Shown here one piece after another: positions 11,515-23,264 of a DNA stretch of 64,000 nt; positions within the stretch are counted from its first letter, which is position 1; each line of letters opens with the position of its first letter. The translations under genes and the position numbers were made by a program. The stretch spans positions 1-64,000 of the forward strand of contig JAVECO010000119.1 in assembly GCA_051942205.1 (NCBI GenBank), in the 5' to 3' direction. The DNA comes from Coniocarpon cinnabarinum. Lineage: Eukaryota. The notes beneath the pieces are model-generated. The model did not search any database and was not told the DNA's origin. It worked only from the letters and a program-made list of their open reading frames with translations.

Positions 11515-12189
11515 TTCACCCCGGACTGGGCTGGGACTCGCAAGCGATTGAAGCTTCGTTCATCATCTCTCATAAATCTCAACGACAGAATCCTGAATCC
11601 TGAATTGGCTATAGCCACAAAGATATCACTGAAGAATAAGAAGCCCACACGGGCTACTTAGCATGATACTGCCTGGTAAGTCAATGCAGAAATATTCATG
11701 AATGATATATGCTTATAATGCCGCAGCTGCTAGGTTGACTTTTGAAACATCTCAACACATGACATTGACACAGCGGCTCTGCTTGCATAGCTAACATACT
11801 GGCAATATACGGCAGAATCCACGAAGGTCATCGTGAGAAGAAGAAGAAGTAGAGGAATGAATATTTCCTAGGCAATGAGGGAGCGTGGAACTGAAATCGA
11901 GCAAGTTGGTGCAGATTGAGAAATGCCCGCAGAGACAAGCGTGGAAGCAGGGGAAACAGGCTCAGACGCGCGTTCAGCAATTTCTCTCACACAAGAGTTG
12001 AAGAAAAACCAGGTGCAGGGACTTAAAAACCAGCGGGCCCAGCATTACGGATTTTGAAGCTCTGGAATGTTGATGACAGGTTATGACATGAGCCGGAGTA
12101 AGCATGCATCCTCCCCCGGGATTTTCGAGGACAGAGATGAAACTCATGCGAATTTCGTAATTAGTATGTCAGCCTATAGCAACATCGCT

Positions 12190-12834
12190 CTATTCTTCCT
12201 CCCCCTCATCCTGCTCGATGGTACTCATCGCAATACGATCCAGATCACGTTGACCGGCCTGCGTAATTCTCCTGCCACCCTTCTCCTCGTCTTGCTCAAG
12301 GATTCCAATCTTCTCCAGACTCTGCATAACCTTGCGATCGACACTTCCCGAAGCATCCACATGATGTGACGGCCTTGAGCCGCGGTTCTTCTGTGCGCCA
12401 TGGACCTTTCGTAACCGGCCAACACCCACGGTTTTGCGGAGGTAGACATGACGTGCGATTGCTGCGGCCCGGATGTAGTACCTTAAGCATTTTGTCAGGC
12501 TCACTTTCGTATAGTCATTCTCTGATTGCCCTACCAGTCCATGTTTTGAGGTGGCAGCTCTTTCATAGGCCCAGTCTTGACAGTGTCGACCCAACCTGCA
12601 GATATGTCGCGTCAGCTGTATGCTTGCTGATATCCCCCATTGACGGGATTCAGGCGGGTATCAATGGATGTTCAAGGGTTCGTCGGACCTGGGATGGGGA
12701 GTTTGCCCTGTCGCTTCAAGAAGGCAGCGTAAGCATCGATGAATTTGCCGGCCTGTTCGGATTGTCAATAGTGTATAAAGCACAAGTCATCGAGCGCAGC
12801 TGACCTCGACATCTCGCACGTTGACACCAGGCAT
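12190..12834 (-). CDS. RPS19: 40S ribosomal protein S19 (eS19), 4 exons
   Basis: MPGVNVRDVE|AGKFIDAYAAFLKRQGKLPIP|GWVDTVKTG..KELPPQNMDW|YYIRAAAIARHVYLRKTVGVGRLRKVHG...GGRRITQAGQRDLDRIA. Confidence 0.97.
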
Positions 12835-13143
12835 GCTGGATGGATTTTGAGGTTTGATTGAACGTGGTTGTATTTTGCAGACAGTGGTGCCAAAGTTGAG
12901 CACTTGTGTGGGTTGCTGCCTCAAAAGTGTGGCCAACAGGGTGGCATACCGCAAATCGGTGTCGGCAGTACTACAAGAATGTCAAGGTTCCATCTTGCCG
13001 GTCATCGAAACGTCATTCGCAATGGTGTTGTCTGCGACGTCCACACTTCGCTGGATATACGCCACATAGTACGGGTCGATGCCTCGTCTGGCTCTTGAAA
13101 CAGGTTGTCGCTGGGATGTCGTCACTCCACGTCGCCAACTGGC

Positions 13144-16100
13144 ATGAACCTCCTCATATGGCCCATCCTCGCGGCCTTTTGCACTCGAGGACGCTCCAGA
13201 TCATGGGCTTCCGCACTTCACGCATGGGTGCTGGCAAGTCTGCTTGCATCAGATACCTATTGCATGACCAGTAGTGAAGCCGGAGCACTTCGGTGAGACT
13301 ATTAAGTATTAACGGGTGTCATGGCGAGCTGACTTCTGATCATAGAGACGAGACCATCGATTTGTTCTATCATGGATATGATCACTACATGAAATTTGCG
13401 TTCCCAGAAGATGAATTGAAACCGATCTCTTGTCTACCTTTGTCTAGAGACAAAGAGGATGAAGGTCATTTCGAGCTGAACGATGTTCTCGGCAATTACA
13501 GTCTCACCCTAGTTGACAGCCTCTCAACACTTGCAATCTTTGCGTCCTCACAAGCGGACGTCAAGCAGGAGCGAAAGCCGTTGCGGGACTTTCAAGATGG
13601 CATAAAAGCTGTTGTCAAATTGTATGGGGATGGCACCCCAGGCGCTGGCGGGCAAGGGACGCGTGCACGAGGATTTGATCTTGACTCTAAGGTGCAGGTC
13701 TTCGAGACAGTCATCAGAGGTGTGGGAGGCTTGCTCAGTGCTCACCTTTTTGCTGTAGGTGAATTGCCCATACGAGGCTACGAGCCCAGTGATCACAGCT
13801 CTGAAATCCACTGGTCCAACGGTTTCGTTTACAACGGGCAACTGCTGCGGCTCGCTACAGATCTTGCGACCAGGCTGTTGCCGGCTTTTCATACTGCTAC
13901 CGATCTTCCCTATCCTCGCGTCAATTTGCGGCATGGTGTACCCTTCTATCCTAACTCACCATTCAACGTTGACGGAGAAAATGGGGTTTGCGAGCTTGCT
14001 TCTCAAGGACATCGTGAGATAACGGAAACGTGCAGCGCAGGCGCAGGCAGCTTAGTCATGGAGTTCTCGGTTCTGAGTCGATTGACAGGCGATATGCGCT
14101 TTGAACGTGTTGCCACAAAAGCGTTCGATGCTGTGTGGAAGAGGAGGAGCGATCTCGGACTCGTTGGAGCTGGTATCGATGCAGAGTCTGGCGAGTGGGT
14201 GTCGCCGATCACAGGCGCAAGTGCATTCTTTTCAGACTACAAGCAGGCTCTGGCTAACATATTGCAGATTGGGGCTGGCGTAGACAGCTTCTTTGAGTAT
14301 GCCATGAAGGCACACATACTTGTAGCAAGAACACAAAGTGGTTTCGCGAGCAATGAAAGTTCGCCCAGTGACTACTATCTTTCCGTCTGGCAGCTTGCCC
14401 ACGACCAGAACCGGCACCACCTGATGCGAGGACCTGCTTTCCAACACCCTCATTATGTGCAAGGAGATATGCACACTGGCGCTGCACGGGCTTTTTGGCT
14501 AGACAGCCTTAGCGCGTACTATCCTGGACTTCTCGCCCTGAGTGGCAACGTCGATGAGGCTATTGATGTGCACTTGCTGTTTGCTGCATTGTGGACAAGG
14601 TACTCATCTCTTCCTGAACGATGGAACGCCGTTGGCGGTTCAATTGACAGTGGCCTTCGCTGGTGGGGAGGTCGGCCGGAGTTCATCGAGTCAAGCTGGT
14701 ACCTCTATCGCGCCACTCAGGATCCTTGGTATCTTCGAGTCGGAGAGATGATCCTCGCCGACATCCGAAAACGTTGTTGGACGGAGTGTGGGTGGGCTGG
14801 TCTGGAAGATGTCAGGACTGGCGAGCTCAAAGACCGAATGGAAAGCTTCTTCCTCGGTGAGACTGCGAAGTATCTCTTCCTGCTATTCGATAGGGATCAT
14901 CCCCTGAATACCTTGGAAGCACCCTGGGTGATGAGCACCGAGGGTCATCCACTGATACTTCCTAAGACTTCGAAACACGCCCCAACTATGATTGCGACGT
15001 CAGAATCGGTAGTGGCTTCCGCTGAGCAATGTCAAGTGGCGCCAACCACGAGTGCTTTGATCGAGTCTTTGGTTGTATCACGGCCTAATTTCTTCCATGC
15101 AGCTAGCCTGGCAAGACTCCACTTCACTCCATTCTTTGGACGCGACATCAATGCCTCGTTGGAGTCGTCACATTTGGATACTAAATACAACACTAGTTCG
15201 CGCATCTCACGAAATCATAATGCATTCTATCCTTGGACTTTGCCAGAAGCCAATCTGCCCCACAATGCAACCAGCGCGAAGATGCAGACAAAGCTTACCT
15301 TCGAACTCACCTTTCCATTGCTGCCAAATACCGTCAACGGCATTATCACTGCCAAGCGCATTCCAGACGGTATTTCAATCAATTCCGTCTCCGGTCTGAA
15401 GTTCAGCATGATCAAAGAACCGCAACCTGTCGAGGCACCTGACGGACGCATTATCGTTGTGGACGTTTTTCGGATCCATTCCATCAACCATCTCTCGCTG
15501 GGCCGCGAAGAGCGAGTCGTCATCAACACCGACGCAATTGCCAATCTCAATCCCATCGACCCCTATTTCACGCGCCACCGGGATATTACAGCCGTAGACC
15601 TCGTCCTCGATGTAGGAGAAACCTTAAAAGCCCCGGATCAACAGTCCCAGGAACTCATCTCCAGAATTCAGGCAAACAACACAGTCGTGTCTATATCTAA
15701 CGGTACACTTCTGAACAATGTTCTCTACCAACTCAACTCGGCTTTTCAATCTTCCCTTACAATTGACGACATTCTCGCCTCCGCCCAATCTATGAACAAT
15801 CAAACCATCACTGAGCGTCCTGTTCTCTATTCAAACGTCGCAGTCGGCGCCGGAGCCGCCCCTGTGCCCGATCTACCAGATGCTTCGCCTTCAAGCAATG
15901 CTTCACTCTCCTATACCACAATTTACCTTGGCGATCAAGCCTGCGAGGGCCGCCTAGACCCTTCCGTCCCCAAAGAAAACCAAGTCATCATCTTCAAACG
16001 GGGCGGTTGCTCTTTCGCCGAGAAACTGCGCAGTATTCCGTCTTTCGCGCCAAGCGAGAAGGGATTGCAGCTTGTCGTCGTCTTCTCGGATGTGCGCGAG

Positions 16101-16307
16101 AATGCAGGCGGACTGATTCGACCATTGTTGGACCAGGTCCAAACGACAGTGAGTGGTGTCGTGAGACGTAAAGCAGTACCACTGGTCATGGTCGAAGGCG
16201 ACGAGGCGCTATGGGAGATATTGCGGCGAACACGGGGCCTAGGGCTTCGAAGAAAGTATTATTTCAGTTGCCAAGGAGTCAAGATAGGAAATCTTTGGGT
16301 TGTTTAA
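13144..16307 (+). CDS. MNL1: GH47 alpha-1,2-mannosidase-like ERAD protein (EDEM/Mnl1) with C-terminal PA domain
   Basis: Hydrophobic N-terminal exon from 13144, intron from 13293, then FYHGYDHYMKFAFPEDELKPISC, LTLVDSLSTL, VFETVIRGVGGLLSAH, GAGVDSFFEY, RPEFIES, DRMESFFLGETAKYLFLLF, STEGHP and the PA-type KRGGCSFAEK. Confidence 0.9.
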
Positions 16308-17108
16308 TGTCTTTGGTTCAAATTTGGAAGTAGCCACTGGGATGAGAACTGTGTCCCTTGCTAGGGCGTCCAGATCCTGCCAGGCATTGGAGCCAGTACG
16401 CATAGGTACAGCCAGGGTCCAGCCGAAAGGGAATTGAACAGAGAGCTTTAAGATATCGTGGCATACGGTCAATACTGTTCCCCTGGACTTACTTGAGCAT
16501 TTCAAGCACCGAAGGGTTCAGGTTTGTACAAGGTCAGTGAGCTTGGTACGGATTCGTGGACGTCCGCTACTTCGCAGCGAACGAAGTGCGTGGCTGGAGT
16601 GGATATCACATATCCTTCCAAACTGCTCCTTGTATACACATTTTCTATTCCCCGTTTACTAAAATGATATCAGAGCATTGCGTTGCTGCGGTTGCATGAG
16701 AACAAGACAAGCCTCGAGCGGTCGCGGTCTTCTAAGCTCCCAGAACATCAACTTCGTTCCGTGCGATAAATACTTCGTTGTCAGAAAGAATCGTGAGTCA
16801 CAACGGCTACTGTGTTAGCAATGTCCTGCACGTTTGAAATTACTCGACGGCGGCAAGCCTGTGATTGGATGATGAAAAACACGTTGATATATCAAACAGG
16901 AAGGACGGTGGTGAGATGGGGCATGGATATGGGGTCATTCGAACAACATACACAAAAATTCTGGCAATATACCTCTTCTGATAAGGAGCTTACCTACCGA
17001 GCTCATGCCTTCAACGACCTTCGGATTGGGCCTGCCTCGTAGAACTCGCTCATCGCTCTCATCCCTACCCGACTTCTCCTGCTGTCTGTGACGATGCGAA
17101 TGCTAGCT

Positions 17109-18797
17109 TCACATCCGATGCTTCTCCGATTCTGCCTCAATATCAGTATCGCTATGAATGATCGCGATGCCCGGTGAAGTTCGGAATCTATGGAGATGAA
17201 CAGGGAGCAGAGCCCAACTCACCAAGTCGCTGATACAACATGTACAAAGCCATTTGATTGCACTCTTGCGTACCCGTAATCGTTACTAAACGCTCGTTTG
17301 AATTGTCCTGCGGCTCGTTGATCTTGATCACACTGCCACTCAGTTGACGAATCTCATTGATTTTGGCTCCGCCTTTGCCGATGATGGCGCCTACCATATC
17401 GTTTGGAATGTAGATTTGTTGAGTGAGGGGCTGGCCAGGGAAATGCTGTTGCTGGCCGGCTTGCGGCGGATACTGCGGCTGCTGACCGTAGCCCTGGGGC
17501 TGTTGACCGTATCCGCCAGCTGCTTGGGGGGCTTGTGGGCCGGCACCATGATACCCCCGGCTTTGAGAAGCATACTGGGGAGTATGAGATGGTTGTTGAG
17601 GGTAGGTGTGATTGTTGTAGCTGCCAGCTTGTGGATGGCTAGGGTGACTGTGCGATTGCTGATGCGTCTGTTGCGGGTGGCGACGGTTGTAGTTATTTGG
17701 ATGACCCCATTGCCCCCCTGCAGGCTGAGGCGCGTAAGGAACAACCTGGAGTCCGCCAGGAACTACACCTGCAGGGGCGCCTGAACGAGTGGCGTATGCG
17801 GAAGCGGAAGGCCCTCCAAATCTCTCTGTTAGTTGCTCCACAAGTGTGCTCCCAACGTAATAGGTTGCAATGTGAACGGAGTCTGCGACACCAAGGACGA
17901 CAAGGGAACGTTCTGTGCTGAGGGGGAGACAGGAATCTGAGGCGTTCAAGCGCGCACCCGAGGCCTCTTGGATCTCACGGATGCGGACGCCTTTTTGCCC
18001 GATGATGGAGCCAATGAGGACGTGTGGAATGAGGAGGCGGAGGGGGTAGGTCTTGGAATTGGTGTCGGAGGGTTGATCGAGGGATTCGGTGTTGAGTGTG
18101 CGTATGATCAAACCAAATGCTTTGGCGACTGCATCGACCAAACCACTTACAGTCAAGACACGCTCGACAGCTCCACGCGAGTAATCGCTGACTGTGCACT
18201 TGGCTCCTGATCTCTTCCTGATCTCGCTTACATTCTCTCCACTCTTACCGATCACGGTCGCCGCTTCCGCGCTCGAGATGATGGCGCGTATGTGCAGCCA
18301 GTCGGACTCGTTCGAGGTCTGTTGCGGAGTGTACTGAGGGACTGCTTGAGTCGGTAGGTTGTTGCTCACACTCTCGATGGGCTGTGTTCCAGCATCCGAC
18401 TTCGCCTCAGTCGGAACGACGAGATTGCTCGCGCTGCCGGGTACTTGATTATCTTCGCCGAGTTCGGTACCATTCGTGGCCTGTTCGCCCTTGCCAATCA
18501 GGCCACCGTCTACATCAGGCTCTGGCTTTTGGGCTGTGGTGTCTCCCGAAGGGACAGGGTCTTCCGGGGCGGTGGACTGACCGTTTGCAGCTTCTGAGAT
18601 GTTGTTAACCAACCTGAGGAGATGGCAATGCAAGTAGATCTCGGCGATTCAGAACTTAACGACTCACCCTCCTTGTGCAGAGCTTGACGCTTCGCTTCTG
18701 GCTGATCGTTTGGATCTGCGTCAGATGAAGGATCTTCGAGAGGCCGCTTCTGTGGCTGAGGCACGCTGGCACTCGCCGCTGGGGAAGGTGCAGACAT
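17109..18797 (-). CDS. Triple KH-domain RNA-binding protein (hnRNP K/Hek2/Pbp2-like), 3 exons
   Basis: Three GxxG KH loops (VIGKSGENV, IIGQKGVRI, IIGKGGAKI) and a Q/P/G/Y-rich linker. Last intron gtgagt...cag is followed by the terminal exon ESEKHRM*. Confidence 0.9.
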
Positions 18798-19067
18798 CGT
18801 GCAGAGCCAGCGTAAAAGAGGCGGTAAAGGGAACAAGAAACGCAAAGAGGACACACGACTCGAGCTGGCAATATAGTAGAGAAGTCGAGGAGGTGGAGAA
18901 GGAAGTTAGAAGTGTGTGTGCCTGAAGTATTAGGGTCAAACTGCACGTAGCTGTCATATCACCTCTTGCTGTTGTAATGGCAGCAATTTTATACAACAAA
19001 ACTAATCGAAAGGGCCTGAATGCAGAACAATGCAAGAGGTCGCATGAATGTTAGCAGCGGCACCCGC

Positions 19068-21055
19068 TCAATATTTCAGGTCGATACCTCTCCTCTTCTC
19101 ATCCTCTCGCCACTCAAACATGACCATTGCTCCAACAAATAGTACAGTTGACGCACTGCCCAGGAACATCCAGCCTTGCCACCCGCTGACTATGCTTTTG
19201 AGCATGCTCTCAAGCCCATCGAGTCCCAATGCAAAACCTACAAGATTTGCTGCCATCATCATGAGTATGTTTCCCACCGCCCCAATACCGCCGAGTATTC
19301 GGTAAGCTGTTGGTCTGCTCTTGAATTTCTTCGCAGGTAACAACACCGTCTTGCAAAGCATCTCTGGCAAGATGAACAAGATGATGAGCCAAGACCACGT
19401 CAGCAACCGAGCACTAATGTCGTGCCACAGCGCAACAAAAGTGAACACTCCGAGCATGTTCAATATGCTGCGGATGGTGCTGGTCTGCCGTCCCGAGCCA
19501 CCAAGAGGAACGTAGATATAACGCACAACAAAGCGGTTGTAGGATCGATGCCAGCCACGCCAAAAGGCGAGTGCGGAATAGTTGTTGCTCATGCATCTCA
19601 CCATATTCTCAGGCGGGTCTATACCATCCAGCAAGGCCCACAATCGAAAAAAGCGCCAGGGCAGCAACAGCTTGAGCCATATAATGTGGAGATTGAAAAA
19701 GCCAAGCATGCTCAACTGAAAAGGCGTGTACTGAGACCAGTCTGGACTACCCTTGGAGATGGCAACGGCGTAGATGTAGTGGAGGATGAGCTCCATGCAA
19801 AGAAGACAAAGCAGAAATCGCACCGCGTATGCTCCAGTGCGAGATGATGTGATGGATGTTGGTCGAAAACGAACCTGAGCCATGTAATCATTGAAGTTAA
19901 TAATAGGACCCGCCAGGTACAGTGGGGAATACAGCACATATGCCAAGTAATAAGCGAAGTTGAAGTCAGACGGAGCTGCAGGAAGAGCGACGCGATCTCG
20001 CTCAGATAGCAAAGCGGGATCAAGCTGCTTCTTCTTAGCGGCGTCAGTGCACTCCACAGTGAGTTCGCAATGCCAAACTTACTTCAACGACACTTTCTCT
20101 AGAATGGTCGAGGCTCCAGTAATAGTCGAGGTTGAAACTGATCAAACGAAGGACAGTAATGTTAAACAAGATCTCCCATCGTGGAATTAGCCCTCCGTAT
20201 GAGTCAAGCCATGCGCCCCACGACGTCTCCGCGTTGGCAAATGGAGCTGGTAATAGAGCTTGGCCAAGTCGAGCGTAGGGATATCCATGACAAAGCTCAT
20301 TGGCGAACAAGATCAGCATGTTGAAAATCCAGGTAGCTGACGGCACGGCTGACCGCGGCAAGCGTTTTCCTAATTGAAAATTGAAGGCTAATATTATCAG
20401 GACTTTGAATGCTGAAAATCCATGTAATACAAACAAGAAGATAGCGGCGAACGAAATGTCGAAAGAGATGCGCATTCGCATTCGATAGTCTCCCTGGTTT
20501 GATGTCATATCCGATGATATTTGAGACAGATATTCAAAGCCGGAGTTGTATAGGACCCTAAGCACCGGATGAAGCACCACTACAGCAGCCATGGCGGGGA
20601 TGTTGTCGCGAAATGATGCATATTGCTGATCTGAATTGTCCTGGGTGCCTGTAAGTATCAAATACCATGCATGAGCAAGTTTTGTTACACATACCACTCT
20701 TCGGCCAGGTATCCAACCGGGCGAGAGAAGCCTTTCAAAGCGCTCATATTGAGGGTTCGATGCTAGACAAAGCATGAGCATGAAGCTGGACGTTCATACA
20801 GTTCACATGCTTACTCGTGGAAACGCTGAAGGGCACGTAGAACATCAAAGGGACTATCGTGAGAAAAACAACATAATAGACATAGTATTCGGGCGTGTCC
20901 CACAGCGATGCATTCGCATTGCCAGCGACATCACGCTTTTCTTTCGTTTGCGGCACTTCCCCTGAGACCGTGGGCGGAGTTTTGGAAGTTGAAGAAAGGC
21001 GTGGATCGAGGGTGTCGAGCGCATAGACTCGCTGTATGTACCTCCAAAAGGACAT
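19068..21055 (-). CDS. GUP1: MBOAT family O-acyltransferase Gup1 (GPI remodelling), multi-exon
   Basis: LLSPGWIPGRRV|DNSDQQYASFRDNIP, RWEILFNITVLRLISFNLDYYW, YSPLYLAGPIINFNDY, PPENMVRCMSNNYSALAFWRGWHRSYN, FTFVALWHD. Confidence 0.93.
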
Positions 21056-21239
21056 TCTATAGATTGCAACCGTACACTACATGCCTTTCGCAGCCGAACT
21101 CCAGGATCTATTTTGTCCCCATCAACCGTGCCGCGTACGCCAAGACCAAAGAGCACGGTCAAAAATCACGTGAGCCGCACGTGGGCTTCGCCCGATCTTT
21201 CCCCATGCGGCATGGTAGGTTTGTAAAAGACGGGATCAC

Positions 21240-21860
21240 TTAACCTTGCGGGGAGCTCGGGCCGGCCGCAGGAATATCGTCCATCACATCGCCGTTCTTG
21301 TATTTCCATTCATCCCACGCTCGCTTAATTTCCTCCCAGGTCGTTGCAAGCGCCAAATGACGAGTCGCTGCTCTTACACTGATTCGTATACTCTCCAACA
21401 TGCCGTCGTTCCGGATGTGTACCCAACCAATCGTCCCGTCGGTTGCCGTCCTACTGTCGGCCACGGCAAATGTGTTGGGCCTCACGAACGCTTCGAGAGA
21501 CACCAAATCCGCCGTCGTGATCTGCGCGATCTCTACCAGGTCTTTCGTCGTCCAAGGCGACCTGAATGAGGGATGAACGGGAGCCGAAGAGCCGCCGTTG
21601 CTGTTCTTGGGTACGCGCAGGGACTGACTAGTGAGGTCTGGAACCACCCAAAACATGTTTCTATCCGTGACCCCCGGCATGGCTTTCAGTTGATTGAATG
21701 TCTTCATCAAAAGTTCTTCGAGGTGCTTGCAGGTGGTGAGCAGGCGAGCGTGACCCGACGTTTCAGTTGCTGGGAGCCTACCTGGATCGTGACATTGTTG
21801 CTGGTGACGAAGAGCGCCATTCGCCCTCTTGATTCGATCAGCGACATTTGCCACTCCCAT
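21240..21860 (-). CDS. Hypothetical protein (probably 3' exon of a longer gene reaching toward ~22775)
   Basis: 206-aa ORF with plausible composition and further same-strand ORFs at 21971-22417 and 22533-22775. No family recognised, and the exon structure is unresolved. Confidence 0.4.
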   Translation of the reverse strand: MGVANVADRIKRANGALRHQQQCHDPGRLPATETSGHARLLTTCKHLEELLMKTFNQLKAMPGVTDRNMFWVVPDLTSQSLRVPKNSNGGSSAPVHPSFRSPWTTKDLVEIAQITTADLVSLEAFVRPNTFAVADSRTATDGTIGWVHIRNDGMLESIRISVRAATRHLALATTWEEIKRAWDEWKYKNGDVMDDIPAAGPSSPQG

Positions 21861-23264
21861 GCAAATTGATGCGCGAAGTTGATGGAGTCCATCGTCCTGG
21901 TGTAGCGGGCTTTATAGCCACGATGGCTTCACGGGCGCATTCGCCCTGAACGATGCGAATCCTACGATCCTCATCCATCAGTCTGCCTCACTTGATTACA
22001 CGCGTGCGAGGAGAATTCGTTGTAGGTCTGCTCACTCGTGACACCGTTCTGGGAAACGCATGGACCTATAACAGCATGCCTTAGCCGTACCAAGGATCTG
22101 AAACGCGGCCGAATCCTCGACGCTACCTTGAATTCCACCGCAGCTTGCTCAAATAGCAGTGTGTGTGGATTGCAGATACACAGTCTATCTTGCTGCTGGG
22201 CTTCATTGCTGTGACTTGACATTCTAATATGCATACCAGTCCCAATGGTGCTCGGGTAGCCTGAGGGATAGGCATGTTTCCCAACAAGGAAACTCAAGTC
22301 CGTATTTGGCCCCGCGAATGCCCTCGGCCATAGCGACCGAGACGCTTGGGGTCCAGAGCCGCACTCGCCGGCGAGCACGTATCGAATTCTTCCATGTTCT
22401 GTGGCGACTCGCTGCATCTGTGGCGGGAGACTCTACTTCGCCACTCCAAGTGCAGAAGAGATTGTGTCTGTGACGCCGAGCTTGGGTGAGAGCCTGTGCG
22501 CCGGTCTTTGGGCTACAATTTTGGTGCAGTGATCATATTTTCTCGCGCACGAAGGCACAGGTCATTCTGCCACCAACCGATTCACGAGATGCAAGCGTCA
22601 TTGCAACGCTTCGACAGTGTTCCTCAAACTTGACCGCAGCAGTCTGTGAAAGGGAGGGCGCTTGGACATTCTTGGGCCGAAGATTTCCGTTCAGGGAAGC
22701 CTCGAAAGCAGTTTTAGGATCTAGCAAGAAGCTACGGTCGTAATTTGTCATTGCGCCGAGGGCTGTGCAGATCATGTGCTATTCTCCGACTCACCCTAAC
22801 CCTAAATGACATACTCTTGCTGCACTCACCGCTGCGCATACTGAATGTGGGAAGCGATCACATGGAGTCTACGTGCCATTCGAGCAGTGTCATATGAGTT
22901 GACCCAACTCTTGAACCATCTTCTGAGAAGCGGCACCCTGCTGCAAAGTAGTCGACGCTTGCTACCCACACACCACAGCCTCCTCACATGCAGTGCTATC
23001 ATTGTCCCCCCAACGCTTGACACATTGCTTTTCTCGCTCAAGCTGTCCCGCCTGGGTATCTCCGACGCTTCGAGGGCACTGCATAAGTCTACCTCGACAT
23101 AGTGATGAGTTTTATGAACACTCCCACACTGTCGAGTACACAAGTCTGACTGCTGTTGCTATTTTCGTCCGTGCGCTACACCGGAGCACGTGCGCGCAGG
23201 CAGTGGATGGGGTACGCATACTACAGCCGTGCCTTTGAACGGGAGCATGAGACGCAAGTAAGAA

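Noticed and set aside
16869..16981. ATGATGA...CTGA pair resembling a C/D snoRNA
   Set aside because: Antisense to the KH gene 3' region, with no terminal stem or recognisable guide.
23101..23151. Possible box C/D snoRNA (GTGATGA...CTGA)
   Set aside because: Only ~50 nt, with a 2-bp terminal stem and no rRNA guide I could recognise. CTGAC may just be an intron branch site.
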